A DNA stretch of 63,833 nt, the filler included, from Pelomyxa schiedti (taxonomy: Eukaryota > Protista > Evosea): NCBI GenBank assembly GCA_020536535.1. It is 9 parts of 9 records of this genome, joined end to end, with 100 filler letters (N's around TTAATTAATTAA, not from the genome) between each part and the next. Parts side by side here need not be neighbours in the genome. Positions count along the whole stretch, not along the records: positions 36,708 to 59,883 come from JAHLWZ010000259.1; 8 more parts are not named here. One strand, 5' to 3'. A program made the position numbers and the translations under genes. A model generated the notes under the pieces. It was not told the DNA's origin. It saw only the letters and a list, made by a program, of their open reading frames with translations, and did no database searches. Shown piece by piece: positions 47,694-59,983 of this stretch (position 1 is the stretch's first letter; every line of letters starts with the position of its first letter).

Positions 47694-50205
47694 ATGCAAC
47701 AAGAAGCTGTATGCGCGGCTATGGACGGTGCCAACGGCGTTGTGAACACAGCGTACATGGTCACCGCTGACCTCGAGGAGGCTTACGCGGCACTACGTGA
47801 CGTGTTCCCATACTCTGGATTCATCCCCTCCGCAACCTCGTACTCATCCAAAAACAACGAACGGGCCGCTGCCTTGAGGCGATCGCTGATCTCAGTCCTC
47901 AATGTGGGGCAGCAGTGCCAGACAGATTCTACTGCTACTACGAGTGCTGCTGGAGCTGGGAGTACTGGATTGTGGGACGAAACGCGGGTGGAGTCCGTGT
48001 TTAGGGTGGTTTTGAACTCGTGGGGGAATCTATTGCAATTGACGGGGACAATTTACACTACGGAGGATGTATGAATGTGTTGATGTATATATATACAATG
48101 TTATAGAAATGAGAGTGCCATTCCTCTTCTTTGTTCGGTTACTTCACTCGCTTGTTATTATTAATATCTTTCTTTCTTTCTTTCTTTTAGAATACATTGG
48201 AACACAAGTTCACAATGCCCGAGGGGCCGGGAGGCACCCGACTTTCTTTGGCTTTGTTATTTCACGTATCATTTCCGTTGCACTTTGAGCTCAAGAGATA
48301 CGGGGAATCCAGCACCGGTGTGAAGAGGTTTCTGCCACACATCTTTTTTGAGGTTTCCGCTTATAGAATTTGTGCAGAGCATTCCACGCCTATGAAAGCT
48401 CTTACACTATTATCGAGGATGTTGAACCTGGGGACTATGTACTACTCTGCACTGAGGAGCACAGCCCTTGCGAAGGACACGTTTTTTGTGTCGGAGGTAT
48501 GTGTAAGGGCCGTTTTGCCCCATTTTTTTTACTGTGCCCAGGCGTTGCAATTGATAGGGCCAAGTACAACGTGTTAAAACAAGCTGTTGAGGTTCAGAAA
48601 GAGAACCTTTCTGTACTCTCCAATGTATTCCTCGTGAAATTGTTATCATTTTTTGAGTCTTGCATGCAGAACCAACACCAGAAGACGAAAACGGCTGAAG
48701 CCAACTTCATTTCTCAAGGACTAGGCAATTTGCTTGACCTCCAGACATATCACCTGAGGTTACTGTGTGAAGCAAAGATCTGGAACAACAAAGCCCTTAC
48801 GGACCTAATGAAATCGGCAGCTCCTCCCTATTCTCTTCCAGAACACTTTGAAAGGCTCTTCCAGGGAACCACCAGCTGCGAATTCTCTATTCACGAGCAG
48901 GGATACAGTATGAACAACAAATCATCTCACAACACGAAAGTATTGACTCGCTTCCTCCAGATGAAACCAAGGAAGTTATTACTCTCAGGAAAGACGGCAC
49001 ATGTCGGTACACCTCTGAAACTTACAGCTGGAGCCAGATGGATGAGAGGAACCGCAGTAGTAACCGACTCATTATCGAAGGTGTTTGGGCAGCCTCAATC
49101 CCGAAAGCAACAGTATCATCAGAAACCACAACAGGCGGAGAGCAGCCACAAGCCCAGAACCAACAGCCGCTAGGGGTGGCTGACATTTCCCTCACACTTT
49201 GCACATATGTATTCAGAAGTGGAGCGCATGATGCAGTTGTGGAACATCCCAGTGGATTGGGCCAGCTCAGCTGCAAGCTTATTGAGCCGGCCGCGACCTG
49301 CACCTGCGGAAGCACGTTCCTCACTGATGACATAGAGGCCATAGAAGGAGGCACATCACAGTGCCACACACACAAACAGTACGTGCTGTGGACTAGCTGT
49401 AGGCTGAATGCGCGGCGAAGAACAGTTTTCACATGGAACCCTCTGACAACCCCACAATCGGAAGCTACCACAGCAACCCCACAAGAAGTTATTGCACCAA
49501 CATCAACAACAGCCACGGTGTCATCAGCAGTACCCATCAGCAATAACAGCCACAGTGCTGGGATTCCATCAGTTGGGCTGAATTGGGATGATTCCAAGTC
49601 AATGCTTGATTGGATTCTGTCCCCTTTTCTGTACATGCCAGTGATGCCTTGGTGGGCTCACCTTGTACTCCGCAGCAGGGATCAGTACGGGGTCATTTTT
49701 GAGATGCCAGGGACACTGTACCAGTGGTTACCGCAATACAATCCACCCTCACAAACAGACAACCCTCAGGGAAATCAAGTGTAAAATACCTTTCACTTTT
49801 GCAAAAATCAGTTTTTTACAAAAACTTGTTGTAGAGAGGCTAACGAAGCAATTGCAATTGCAACTGTCAGCCATCATGCCCACCTCTTCCCGCGATAGCA
49901 TGACCGCCAATACTTTGTAAAACCGTTTCCAGGCCAGTGCGTTGCGATAATGGGAAATGGGGGTGTTGGACAGAAAACTGGTGTCATGGTTGTTTGTGAA
50001 TCAAAGCAGGGTCAATGAGGCACAAATAGGAAATTATCAACAACCTAACAAAACGTCAGTCAATGGCAGTGATTGGGAGTCCAAAGCAAACCAGTTCGGC
50101 TTGTCAACATTGGAAAGGTGGCAAAGAGGTTCGCCGGTATCACTGGCAAGAACCTGCCCTGTGGATAGCGTGATGCTCCCAAGTGGCTCATACTGGTTGG
50201 TCTGA
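47694..50205 (+). CDS. Hypothetical multi-exon protein
   Basis: Long successive ORFs (47694-48074, 48197-48577, 48370-49173, 49038-49784) can be joined by GT-AG introns, e.g. ~48908-48960. No domain was recognised. Confidence 0.55.
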
Positions 50206-50329
50206 AGAAGTATCGAATCATCCTTGAGAGTTGCCATAAATGCCCTCAGTCCAATGTTGTCTGTTGCTATGTATGGACTGTTGCTAACTTCTCCAAGATA
50301 TTTAAGGGACCTAGACAGTGGCAGGAAAA

Positions 50330-52993
50330 TCAATTAGAGAGGAGGCAAAAGGAGGAGGAGAAACCTTGACAGAACTGTAATGCCAGATGCAGCTTGCTTG
50401 ATGTATGCAATCACTTCACCCATCATATTCGCACAGCAAGCTGTCATCCCATCTGGTGTCACTGAAAGAGGAAATGAGAACTTTCTGAAAGGAAAGGNNN
50501 NNNNNNNNNNNNNNNNNNNNNNNNNNNNNNNNNNNNNNNNNNNNNNNNNNNNNNNNNNNNNNNNNNNNNNNNNNNNNNNNNNNNNNNNNNNNNNNNNGTA
50601 ATGCCAGATGCAGCTTGCTTGATGTATGCAATCACTTCACCCATCATATTCGCACAGCAAGCTGTCATCCCATCTGGTGTCACTGAAAGAGGAAATGAGA
50701 ACTTTCTGAAAGGAAAGGCAAGCTTTACCTTTGGGCACAAAATAAGCTCGCGGTGCGTTGTCAAATGCAACAACAAGTGTTGCGTCTGCTGGTGGAACCT
50801 CCATCAGAGTCCCCTCCTCGAAAGAGGGCGGCAATGTAGGCCCCCTCTTTGTGTGGCGCTTGAACGGATTCTCCCAATATGATGAAGAGATAAGAGGCTG
50901 TGCAGGAAGTGGCACCGCAGAAAATTCTGGAATAACTCTCCGGGGGAAGAAGAAGAGCATAATAGCTACGGCAAAATTGAGGAATGCAATGCACGCCAGC
51001 ATGCCCCACATGATATGAAACCCTCTTGATGTGGGCCAAACTTCATCACTTTCGCACGAGGAACTTCCGGATCCACTGCAGCTGCCTGTTGAAGTGACAA
51101 CATAGTTCTGGTCCATCACGGCGTTTATCAAAATTGGGCCGAGTGCTTGCCCAAAGAATCGTACACATTGCAGAAAACTCATTGCTGCTGGGTAGAACTT
51201 CTCTGGAACGAAGTGCCTGAGAAACCNNNNNNNNNNNNNNNNNNNNNNNNNNNNNNNNNNNNNNNNNNNNNNNNNNNNNNNNNNNNNNNNNNNNNNNNNN
51301 NNNNNNNNNNNNNNNNNNNNNNNNNNTTCTGGTCCATCACGGCGTTTATCAAAATTGGGCCGAGTGCTTGCCCAAAGAATCGTACACATTGCAGAAAACT
51401 CATTGCTGCTGGGTAGAACTTCTCTGGAACGAAGTGCCTGAGAAACCCGATCATACATTAGATAGATCGTTGAACTGTAACAGTAACATACCCAAGTGCC
51501 GAAACAGCAGGGATACTTGCAAATACAAATGCAGCACCAAGGAAAGCCTCCAGTACAGCGGTAAGCCAGACTGTATGAACAGGCAAGAAAAGAAGAAATA
51601 ACACGCAAAGTGCAAGTGCGCCAAAGACAAGCATCAGAGCAACCCATATCCTTCTCTTTGATAGCTTTGCAACAACCAACCCGAATACAATGTACTCAAG
51701 CGGAACAATGCTCATAAGCAGCCCAGCTTTCCAAGACTCTTCAATGCCCAAGCCATTGGTTGGCGATCCTGGAGGAGCCTCAAGGAAAAACGGCATGAGT
51801 TGATAATATGCATTCGATGACAGAGCAGACAAAGTTCCAACTGTAACGAAATGACTTGAATTGAGAGAGATTGGAGAGCGAGAATGGAAAATTACTGCAA
51901 GAAATGATTATCATCGATGGCCCCAATAAAACAACCATGGAGAGCATAACAGGCTTGTTTTGGGCTTCTCGTCCAAACTCCCAAAGGCCGAAAGACCAAC
52001 CAAGGCATGCACTCAGTAAAAATCCAAATATCGTCGCCACTGAATACCAACCCCAAACGTCGCCTTCAGTGATTGAAACCATCAAGACAAGTGCAGAGAG
52101 GCCAAGTTGAGCGCATCCCAGCCAATCGATGTGCGCCTCCTGGCAGAAAAGGGGTTAGCTGTAATCATTTTTTATCGCAAAGTTGGAGCCTACCTTTTTA
52201 ATATTAGATAGAGGCATGAGTTTCTCGAACTTGGGGATCAGAGAGATGAGAAGCAAACAGAGTGGTATGAGAACCAAAAAGGCAACAACAAAGAAGAGAT
52301 AGTGCCAGTCCATCACTGACACCAAGACACCACCGAGAATCAATCCTGCTGCAATTCCGGTGCCGCCCATTGAGAATAAAATTGCATCTGATCCTGGTGG
52401 TCCATACTCCCGAGCATCAGACATTGTTAAAGAGGCCATACCGGCACAGCCACCCTATACCATAACAAGCATGCAATCAATGAAATTGTGGTAAAGGAAT
52501 GTGAAGTACCTGCAAGAATCGGCACACTATCAGGAAGAAAATATCTGGTGAGAAACCGGCTGCAACGGTGGCAATGAAATAGAAGAAGAGGGTGGAAATC
52601 ATGACGTTCTTGTTGCCAAACTGCCTGCCCAGCTGAACCAGCACTGGTACAGTCACAACTCCACTCATCATGAAACCAGACTGCACCCAGCCTATAACTC
52701 TAAGTTACAGGAAGCTCAAAACTTTCTTAAACCCAATAAGAAAGACAAAAAAAAAAGCCCTCTGAGTATTGTATTGTCATTATGTTAGGTGCATTGCATA
52801 GTTTGTATTTTGGGCGCCCAGCACACATAATCCCATAATCTCATTATCTCATCACATACCAATGTACTCTAGGCCGTACTCGTTTGCGATCTCAGGCGTG
52901 GCAGACACGAGCATGAGCTCCTGTGACATCATGAGCACGTTGACAAGCGCCAGCACAACCACGTGGAAGGTGTTGAGCCGACGTGGCGGCGCC
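50330..52993 (-). CDS. MFS transporter (drug:H+ antiporter DHA2/EmrB-like); 5' end lies in a gap
   Basis: Many TM segments. VTVPVLVQLGRQFGNKNVM (motif A-like), FLIVCRFLQ|GGCAG, GLILGGVLVSVMDWHYLFF, IDWLG, RFFGQALG. Confidence 0.85.
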
Positions 52994-53093
52994 NNNNNNN
53001 NNNNNNNNNNNNNNNNNNNNNNNNNNNNNNNNNNNNNNNNNNNNNNNNNNNNNNNNNNNNNNNNNNNNNNNNNNNNNNNNNNNNNNNNNNNNN

Positions 53094-56000
53094 CACCACC
53101 AACCTACCGTTATTCCCCTCACGAGACTGCGTGTTGCATTGTGCTCCGGCCTTAGCGAGGACCGCCAGGTCGGCAGCTGGCTACTAGACAGAGTGGGCCT
53201 GTGGTCCCTCAAATTTCCGGCACTCAGACGCTGGCTCTCCCGCCTATGTGCTGACTACGCACTTCGGTTCGAGGCTGATGGTCTCTCTGCCAGGATGTGG
53301 GCGTTGTGCCCAACCAGTGTTGCGGATTTCCTCGACTGGTAACTTTTCTCACTTCAGCTAAAGGTTCCTAATTGGCAAAACGAAACTTTTGATTAACAGG
53401 ATCGAAAATCCAGCAAGCCGCCCTAAGGACGATGTCTTGACACACCCGATTATTATCTCCGCCCTTTTGGTCCTTTACTCGTCTTCGTGCTTCGTGGCCT
53501 CGGCCCTGTCCCATAAGCCTGGCGGCGCAACCGACGATGACCACTTCTCCGGCGACGACTCCGCCAACTCTGAACTTGACGATGACAGGCGGTTTCGTTC
53601 TTTCGTGGAATCATTCGACGTGGCGATTGGATATTGTGGCGGGCTGTGGTCGTCTTGTGCTATATCAAAAGCAGGTTTGTAATTTGCCATTCTGACCCCA
53701 TAATCTAGTTCCTTTGCACACGTAATTTAAGTGTCCACTGCCATTTGGCATTTTGCTCATTTTTTTTTTTTGCAAAGATTCACTGGACAAAATGAGAGAA
53801 ATATGTCTGGAGGGCATGATTCTTGGAGATATGCTACTAATGGATGTGATTGAGGCTCACACAAGATTGTGGGGAAAGCAGGCAATGCTTCGGCCGTGGA
53901 TGTGTTCTGTCAAGGGTCCGTTGGAGGTCCTGGAGGAGAATGTCAATACAGTCAATTGCCAGTTCCCAACCACGCCAATATCGGTGTCAATCAGACTGCG
54001 ACCAAATCATGCAGTTGTATGTGGTGTGTTTTCTACTATCTTTTTTTTTTTTTAACCTTCTTTGCCTACTTGGGGAAAGCAGGTGAAGAAGTCCTTTTTT
54101 TATTTATAAAATAATTTGTAATTTTGTAATTTATGAAGCTTCGCAATCCCTCATTCGTTCCATGATAGGTCACCCTGATGCCCTTGACAAACTCGTATGT
54201 CTTCTTCCACTTCAGTCGAAGTTATTGCCTGTCCATGAAGCCTTCCACATGCCATTTTACCAAAGAGAAGTCTTGGAAGCCTTCCTGAGAAAGTATCCCC
54301 AAGAACGGTATTCCTGCTGGGCTCCAGTCCCGAATGGCTGTTCATTTATCAGCACGAGCTCCCATACAGACGTATCTCAGGTTTCATCCCTCTTTTAGTG
54401 GTCAAGTCTAATTCCATGGCAGTTGGATGCAGTCTCATTCGCGATTCAGCTTCAAAAGGATTCACTGGAACAAAATATCAATTGGCCTGAAACTGTCAAG
54501 TAAATTCTCCCATGTCCCACACACTCTTTCTCAGTGTCTTCAGGGCTGCCATTTCCCACAACCGAAGAGGAAACTGTGACACCATTGAGATATTTGACTT
54601 CGGCCCGTCTGGGATCGGTGCGTTGACACATAACTTGTGTACCACCATGTTCCAGAAGACATGCACAATTTTCAACTGTGTCACTGCACACGATCCACCA
54701 AAGATAGCGTCGGAACCATCCATGTCTATTATTACCAGGGCCGCAACAAAAATTGACATCACATCGCTGACACCAGTCGAGATAAAGGTCTTGGAGATTT
54801 GGTGCGAAGCACTTGGATCACCACCAGACTCCATTGACAAAGAATTCTTTGCGGCAGGCGGTGACTCAATTGCAGCCCTCAAGGTGCTTGCTTCCACCAA
54901 CAAGTTGGGGTGGAACATGAACCTCTCTGACCTTTTCCGCAACTCAATTACAGTCAGATCCATGGCAGCAGCGGTATCAGCTGTGGATTCACACCACCCT
55001 TGCAGTTTCAATTGTTACTCACCAATAACCGCAAGGAGATCGACCAAGGGAATAATACCACTGTCACCTGCACAGAACAGGCTGTTCTTCTTGGATCAGC
55101 TTCAGCCGAACTCTGCTCAATACAGTGTCTTCATCGGATTTCACTTGCTTGGGCACCAGGAATCGAAGCCCCTGTGGGAAGCCATCCGCGTCATCGTCAA
55201 TCGCCACGAGAGCCTCAGGACAACCTTCTTCATGCCTTCGTCTTCATCGACAGAGGAAGCAGCAGAGGGAACAGGGCAACCATGCCAAAGGATTCTCTCC
55301 CCAGAAGACTCTGCACATGCAATTGGAACAGCTGAGTTTTTTTTCAAACCAGAGACGGAAACCACAGATACGAAGACAACTGACGATGATGATGAAGAAA
55401 GCCATTATAACATGAAGAAGAAAGAGAAATGGCTTTCCGATCAGTGCCAGAAGGAAGTGAAGAAGCCATTTGATCTCCAAACGGGTCCTCTTCTCAGAGT
55501 GACCCTTTTCCGGCTGGATGAGGAAGAAGACACCGTTCTGTTCTTAAACATTCACCACATCGTCACCGATGGGTGGTCGTTGGTTCTCTTCCTGAAGGAA
55601 CTGTCCCATCAGTACAACACCCAATTAAATCTGCTGACAGCATGCAACAATAGAATAAGCACCTCCCACCAAGTCCAAAGTTCTCCATTTCCTCCACTCC
55701 CATTCCAATATGCTGACTTCGCCATTTGGCAAAGAGAGGTGCTGCTGACTCCCGCGAGCGAGTTGAGGGAGAAGCAGCTGTCATTCTGGAAAAAGGAGCT
55801 TGATGGAGTGAACGACATTTGCCCACTTCCACTCGACAGGCCAAGGACTGACAAACGCACTTATGCTGCAGGGGCACACTCCCACACAATCCCAGCATCC
55901 CTCTTTTCGGACATCGCGGCCCTTGGGAAGTGCATGTGCACAGCAACACCATTCGTTACGGTCTTGACTGTTTTCAACATCCTCTTGCACCTCCACAGCC

Positions 56001-59000
56001 CCCGATGGAACCGAGAGGAATCCCCACGGAGCGACATCGTTGTTGGGATACCAACGGCCAACAGGCATTACCCAGGCGTGGAGTCCCTCATCGGGTTCTT
56101 TGCCAACACTCTCGCGATCAGAACCGTCGTGGAGGACGGCGATTCGTTCAGAAAAACACTGGAGAAGGTGAAGAGCAGGGTGATTTCAGCACAGGGAGCC
56201 CAGGACATTCCATTTGACTGGGTCGTGGATGCCGTGGGTGTGGAGAGGCGGCTGAGCGTGCAGACCCTCGTTCAGGTCATGTTCGTGATGGATGACTGGA
56301 ACTTCGCCGATTCTAAAACCTTCTCGATGAATGGAATCAGGGAGGTGACTCAAATTCTGGACACCGAGCCCGTCATCTCCAAGTTCGATCTCACTCTCAG
56401 GGCAGTCCCACAACGAAACGGCACACTCCACCTCCAATTCGAGTTTGCCAGAGATATCCTGGATGATTCCACTGTTGCTCGGATTGCAGATGACATGGAA
56501 CAGATTATGAGAAGCATTGTATCTTTGCCTGACAAGCCTATTCGTGAGCTGCCCTGCATCAACGCGGTGGATATCAAGCGGCTTGCCACCTGGAACGAGA
56601 CAGAAAAGGAGTATCGAGGTCAAAGTGTCGAACTCCACAAGGCGGTTCACTACTTGTTTGAGGAGGCTGTTGTGGAACATGCTTGTCTCCCTGCGTTGAA
56701 GTGCGGGAATGTGATCATGAGTTACCGGCAACTCAACCAGAAGGTGAACCAGTTTGCGCACTTCCTGAGGTCGATTCCAGGCGTGGAGCCAGGGAACTTC
56801 GTCCCAGTTGTTGCAGAGAGCTCGGTGGAGTTGTTTGTTGCGATTTATGGTGTTCTTAAGGCTGGTGCTGCATACATCCCAATCGACCCTGAGGCACCAC
56901 CCGAGAGAGTGGCGTCAATTCTGGAGGATGTTGCAGCCGTTCCAGTCATACTTCTCTCCCACAGGTCCCTTAAATCTTGCCTGTCCTTATACTTGGAGAG
57001 GTCCAGCAGCTCTCCCAATGCTGCGGTGATTCCCACAGTCATTTGCCTGCACGAGGACAGTGACACGTGGAAGTCTTTCCCAAAAACCAACCCACCACAC
57101 AACATCAGAACAGGAAGGGAAGAGGTTTACGCAATTTGCACATCTGGATCCACTGGGAAACCAAAGGCTGCCATAAACACTCACATCGGGATCTGCAATT
57201 GGGCCTTGTGGGCGAGGGAGGGGCTGAAGTTGACAAAGAATGACAGGGTGCTTTTCAAGACTCCGTTCTTCTTCGATGCTGCGAACTTTGAATCATTTGC
57301 ACCACATGTCTTGGGTGCCTGTGTTGTGGTCGCGCCACCAGGGGCACACAAAGATCCTGAAGAGATTGTCAACTTGGTGGATGACGAACGCATCACCTTC
57401 ATCTTCCTTGTTCCCACCGCGCTGAGGGAGTTCACCAGCGCTGTTGTGCAGAAGAAAAAGGAGCAGTGGCAACAACACACTGGCAATGAAACCAGAGGTA
57501 AAGTGACGAATGGATCGGCAGTTTGCAACTCTTTGAGAATGGTGATGGCTGGAGGGGAATCCCTTGACTGGAGCCTTGTTCACCAGGTCTTCGAAACACT
57601 GGACAGCAGCCAAGTCGCATTATTAAATGCCTGGGGACCCTCTGAAACCGCCTGCAGCACAACACTCCTCGACTGCTTCCAGGCACTCAATGAGCACCCA
57701 GAGATGGAATTGAACCATCCAGTGGTTCCAATCGGGAAGCCAATCTCCAATGTGAGGATTCTGATTCTGGACAGGAACATGCAACAAGTTCCTGTTGGTG
57801 TTGTTGGAGAGATATATGTGTGTGGGATTGCAGTTGGGAAGGGATACCTCAACAGACCAGAGGTGACTGCCGACAAGTTTGTCAGGACAACCACGCTCAC
57901 ATCCGATGGGAAAGAGTTCGAGGGGTTGACGTTTTACAGGACCGGTGATCTTGGGAGGTTCCTTGAGAGCGGAGACATCGAGTTCCACGGGAGGATCGAC
58001 TTCCAAGTGAAACTGCACGGCCTCAGGATCGAACTGGGAGAGATCGAGAAAGCGATTCGCAGCCACGAAGTGGTTGACAACTGCACCGTTATTCTCAGAG
58101 AAGATTCCTTCCCAATCAGAAGGAAGTTCCTTGCCGCGTACATTGTTCCAAGAGACAAATCGATAAACACTCTCAAGGCCAGCTCAGTTCCTTCTGCCAT
58201 CAACACCAGCCAGTCACAGGCACTGGTTTCAGAAGTAAGCCACATCCTGCAATCCAAGTTGCCACCGTACATGGTTCCGAAATCCATCACGGTGATGAGC
58301 AAACTCCCATGCACGCCATCTGGGAAGGTTGATCGGAAAGCATTGCCGGTTCCATGCGCCACTGCTGCACCAGTTCAAGATGATTCCTCGAGTTCGGGAA
58401 TTTCCGAGGAGCCCACTGTTGTTGGGTGTGAGGAGGAGAAACTGTTGCTGAAGTGCTGGAAGGAGATTTTGCCCGGTGGTGGTTCGGGTCTCACACTGGA
58501 CACCGATTTCTTTTCAGCGGGTGGGGACTCCATCATGGCACTGCAGGTAGCGTCGCGGGCACGTGCCTGTGGACTCAAGGTGACTCTGCGAGACTTCTTT
58601 GAACACAAGACAATTCGCAGGATCAGCAGTTGTGCCGCCTCAAAGCTTGGTGCCGTTTCTGTGAGCATTGCAGATGAAAGACATCAGATATCACATCTCT
58701 CACCGGGTATTGAGCATCCTATTATCCCACAAGAGCTCCTGGAGTTGCTGAAGGAGAAAGGAATCACAGAGGACCAAGTTGAAGAACTTTTCCCAGCAAC
58801 ACCAAGCCAAGTGGACATTCTCGAGAGTTGTTTCCGCAATAATAATGGTGATGTGGGGGGAATGTACAACGTTCAACTCCGCATCGACTACGCAGGTGAT
58901 CTGGATGTTGCTTCCTTCAAGAGGTCCTGGGAGATCATTGTTCAAAACCATCCTGCCCTTCGAACTGCAATAATCTCTCCATCCCAACCACTAAATGGCG

Positions 59001-59883
59001 GAGACGTCTCAAAACCCAGCAACACCTTAAACAAGCGAACCACAACAACATCACCACTTGGAGGTCCCTTTTTCCAGGTTGTTTTGAAGCACGTTGACCT
59101 CGAGTGGGACCAGCAGGATTTGCCCGCACTTGAACAGTCCCTCACAGATGAAGGAGACGATAATACCTCCCAGGGTTACCAACTGAGGCATCAAATTGAC
59201 GAAATCGCGGCCGAGATGAGGGAGGCTCCTTTCAACTTCGAACAACCAGGACTTCTCCGTTTCCACATTCTCAGGCACACACCACCACCACCACAAGCAA
59301 GACCCCTCATCACTTCCCAAACAACGTTCCTATGTGATCTCCACCACCTCATCATTGATGGTTGGAGCATGGCAAATATCATCCACCAACTCCACGAGAC
59401 TTATGCCTCATTGACCGGTGTCAAGGAGGTTGTTTGTCACCACCACCACCCAGCGACGTCTCCACCACCTTCCACTGCTGCTGCTACTTTGCCGATGATC
59501 AATGGCGACGGTGGGAAGGGATGCTCCATCACCCGCGACTTTGTGAAGTGGCTTTCAGGGAGAGACCACGCTCAAGCCATGGAGTTCTGGAACAGATACT
59601 TTGACGGTTTTTCCGAACCCACACCTCTGCCTCTGTGCAGTAACAACAACAACAGCAACAGCAACAACAACACAACCTGTGCCAAAACCAAAGATTCCAG
59701 CACCACCTGCAACTGCAACAAGCCTCTGTTCCACTTCGAAATTGGGGCTGAGCTCACAAGAAAAGTGCAGGATTTCGCCAAGTCACACAGCACAACCGTG
59801 AACGTGATCCTCCAATTGATTTGGGGTCTGGTTCTCCGCACTCTCTCGGAACCAGCAGGAACGCCCGCGGAAGTGACATTCGG
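53094..59883 (+). CDS. Non-ribosomal peptide synthetase: FAS-type (starter) acyltransferase - T - C - A - T - C (5' end in gap, 3' truncated)
   Basis: AT: W|IENPASRPKDDVLTHPII, AIGYCGG, VVC|GHPDAL, LLPVHEAFH, INW, IFDFGPSG. T1 FFAAGGDSI. C1 HHIVTDGWS. A TSGSTGKPK, FDA, WGPSE, YRTGD, QVKLHGLRIELGEIE, PSGKVDRKALP. T2 FFSAGGDSI. C2 HHLIIDGWS. GT-AG introns at 53339-53399, ~53675-53778, ~54025-54168, ~54381-54422 and ~54500-54543. Confidence 0.93.
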
Positions 59884-59983
59884 NNNNNNNNNNNNNNNNN
59901 NNNNNNNNNNNNNNNNNNNNNNNNNNNTTAATTAATTAANNNNNNNNNNNNNNNNNNNNNNNNNNNNNNNNNNNNNNNNNNNN

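Noticed and set aside
50378-51446. Exact ~120-bp direct repeats flanking 100-N gaps (50378-50497/50598-50717, 51107-51226/51327-51446, 26126-26244/26345-26463)
   Set aside because: These are overlapping contig ends left unmerged by the scaffolder, not real duplications.
54512-59883. NRPS as bacterial symbiont contamination
   Set aside because: The upstream domain is joined through GT-AG introns, the ORF contains host-style low-complexity insertions, and the scaffold carries eukaryotic genes.
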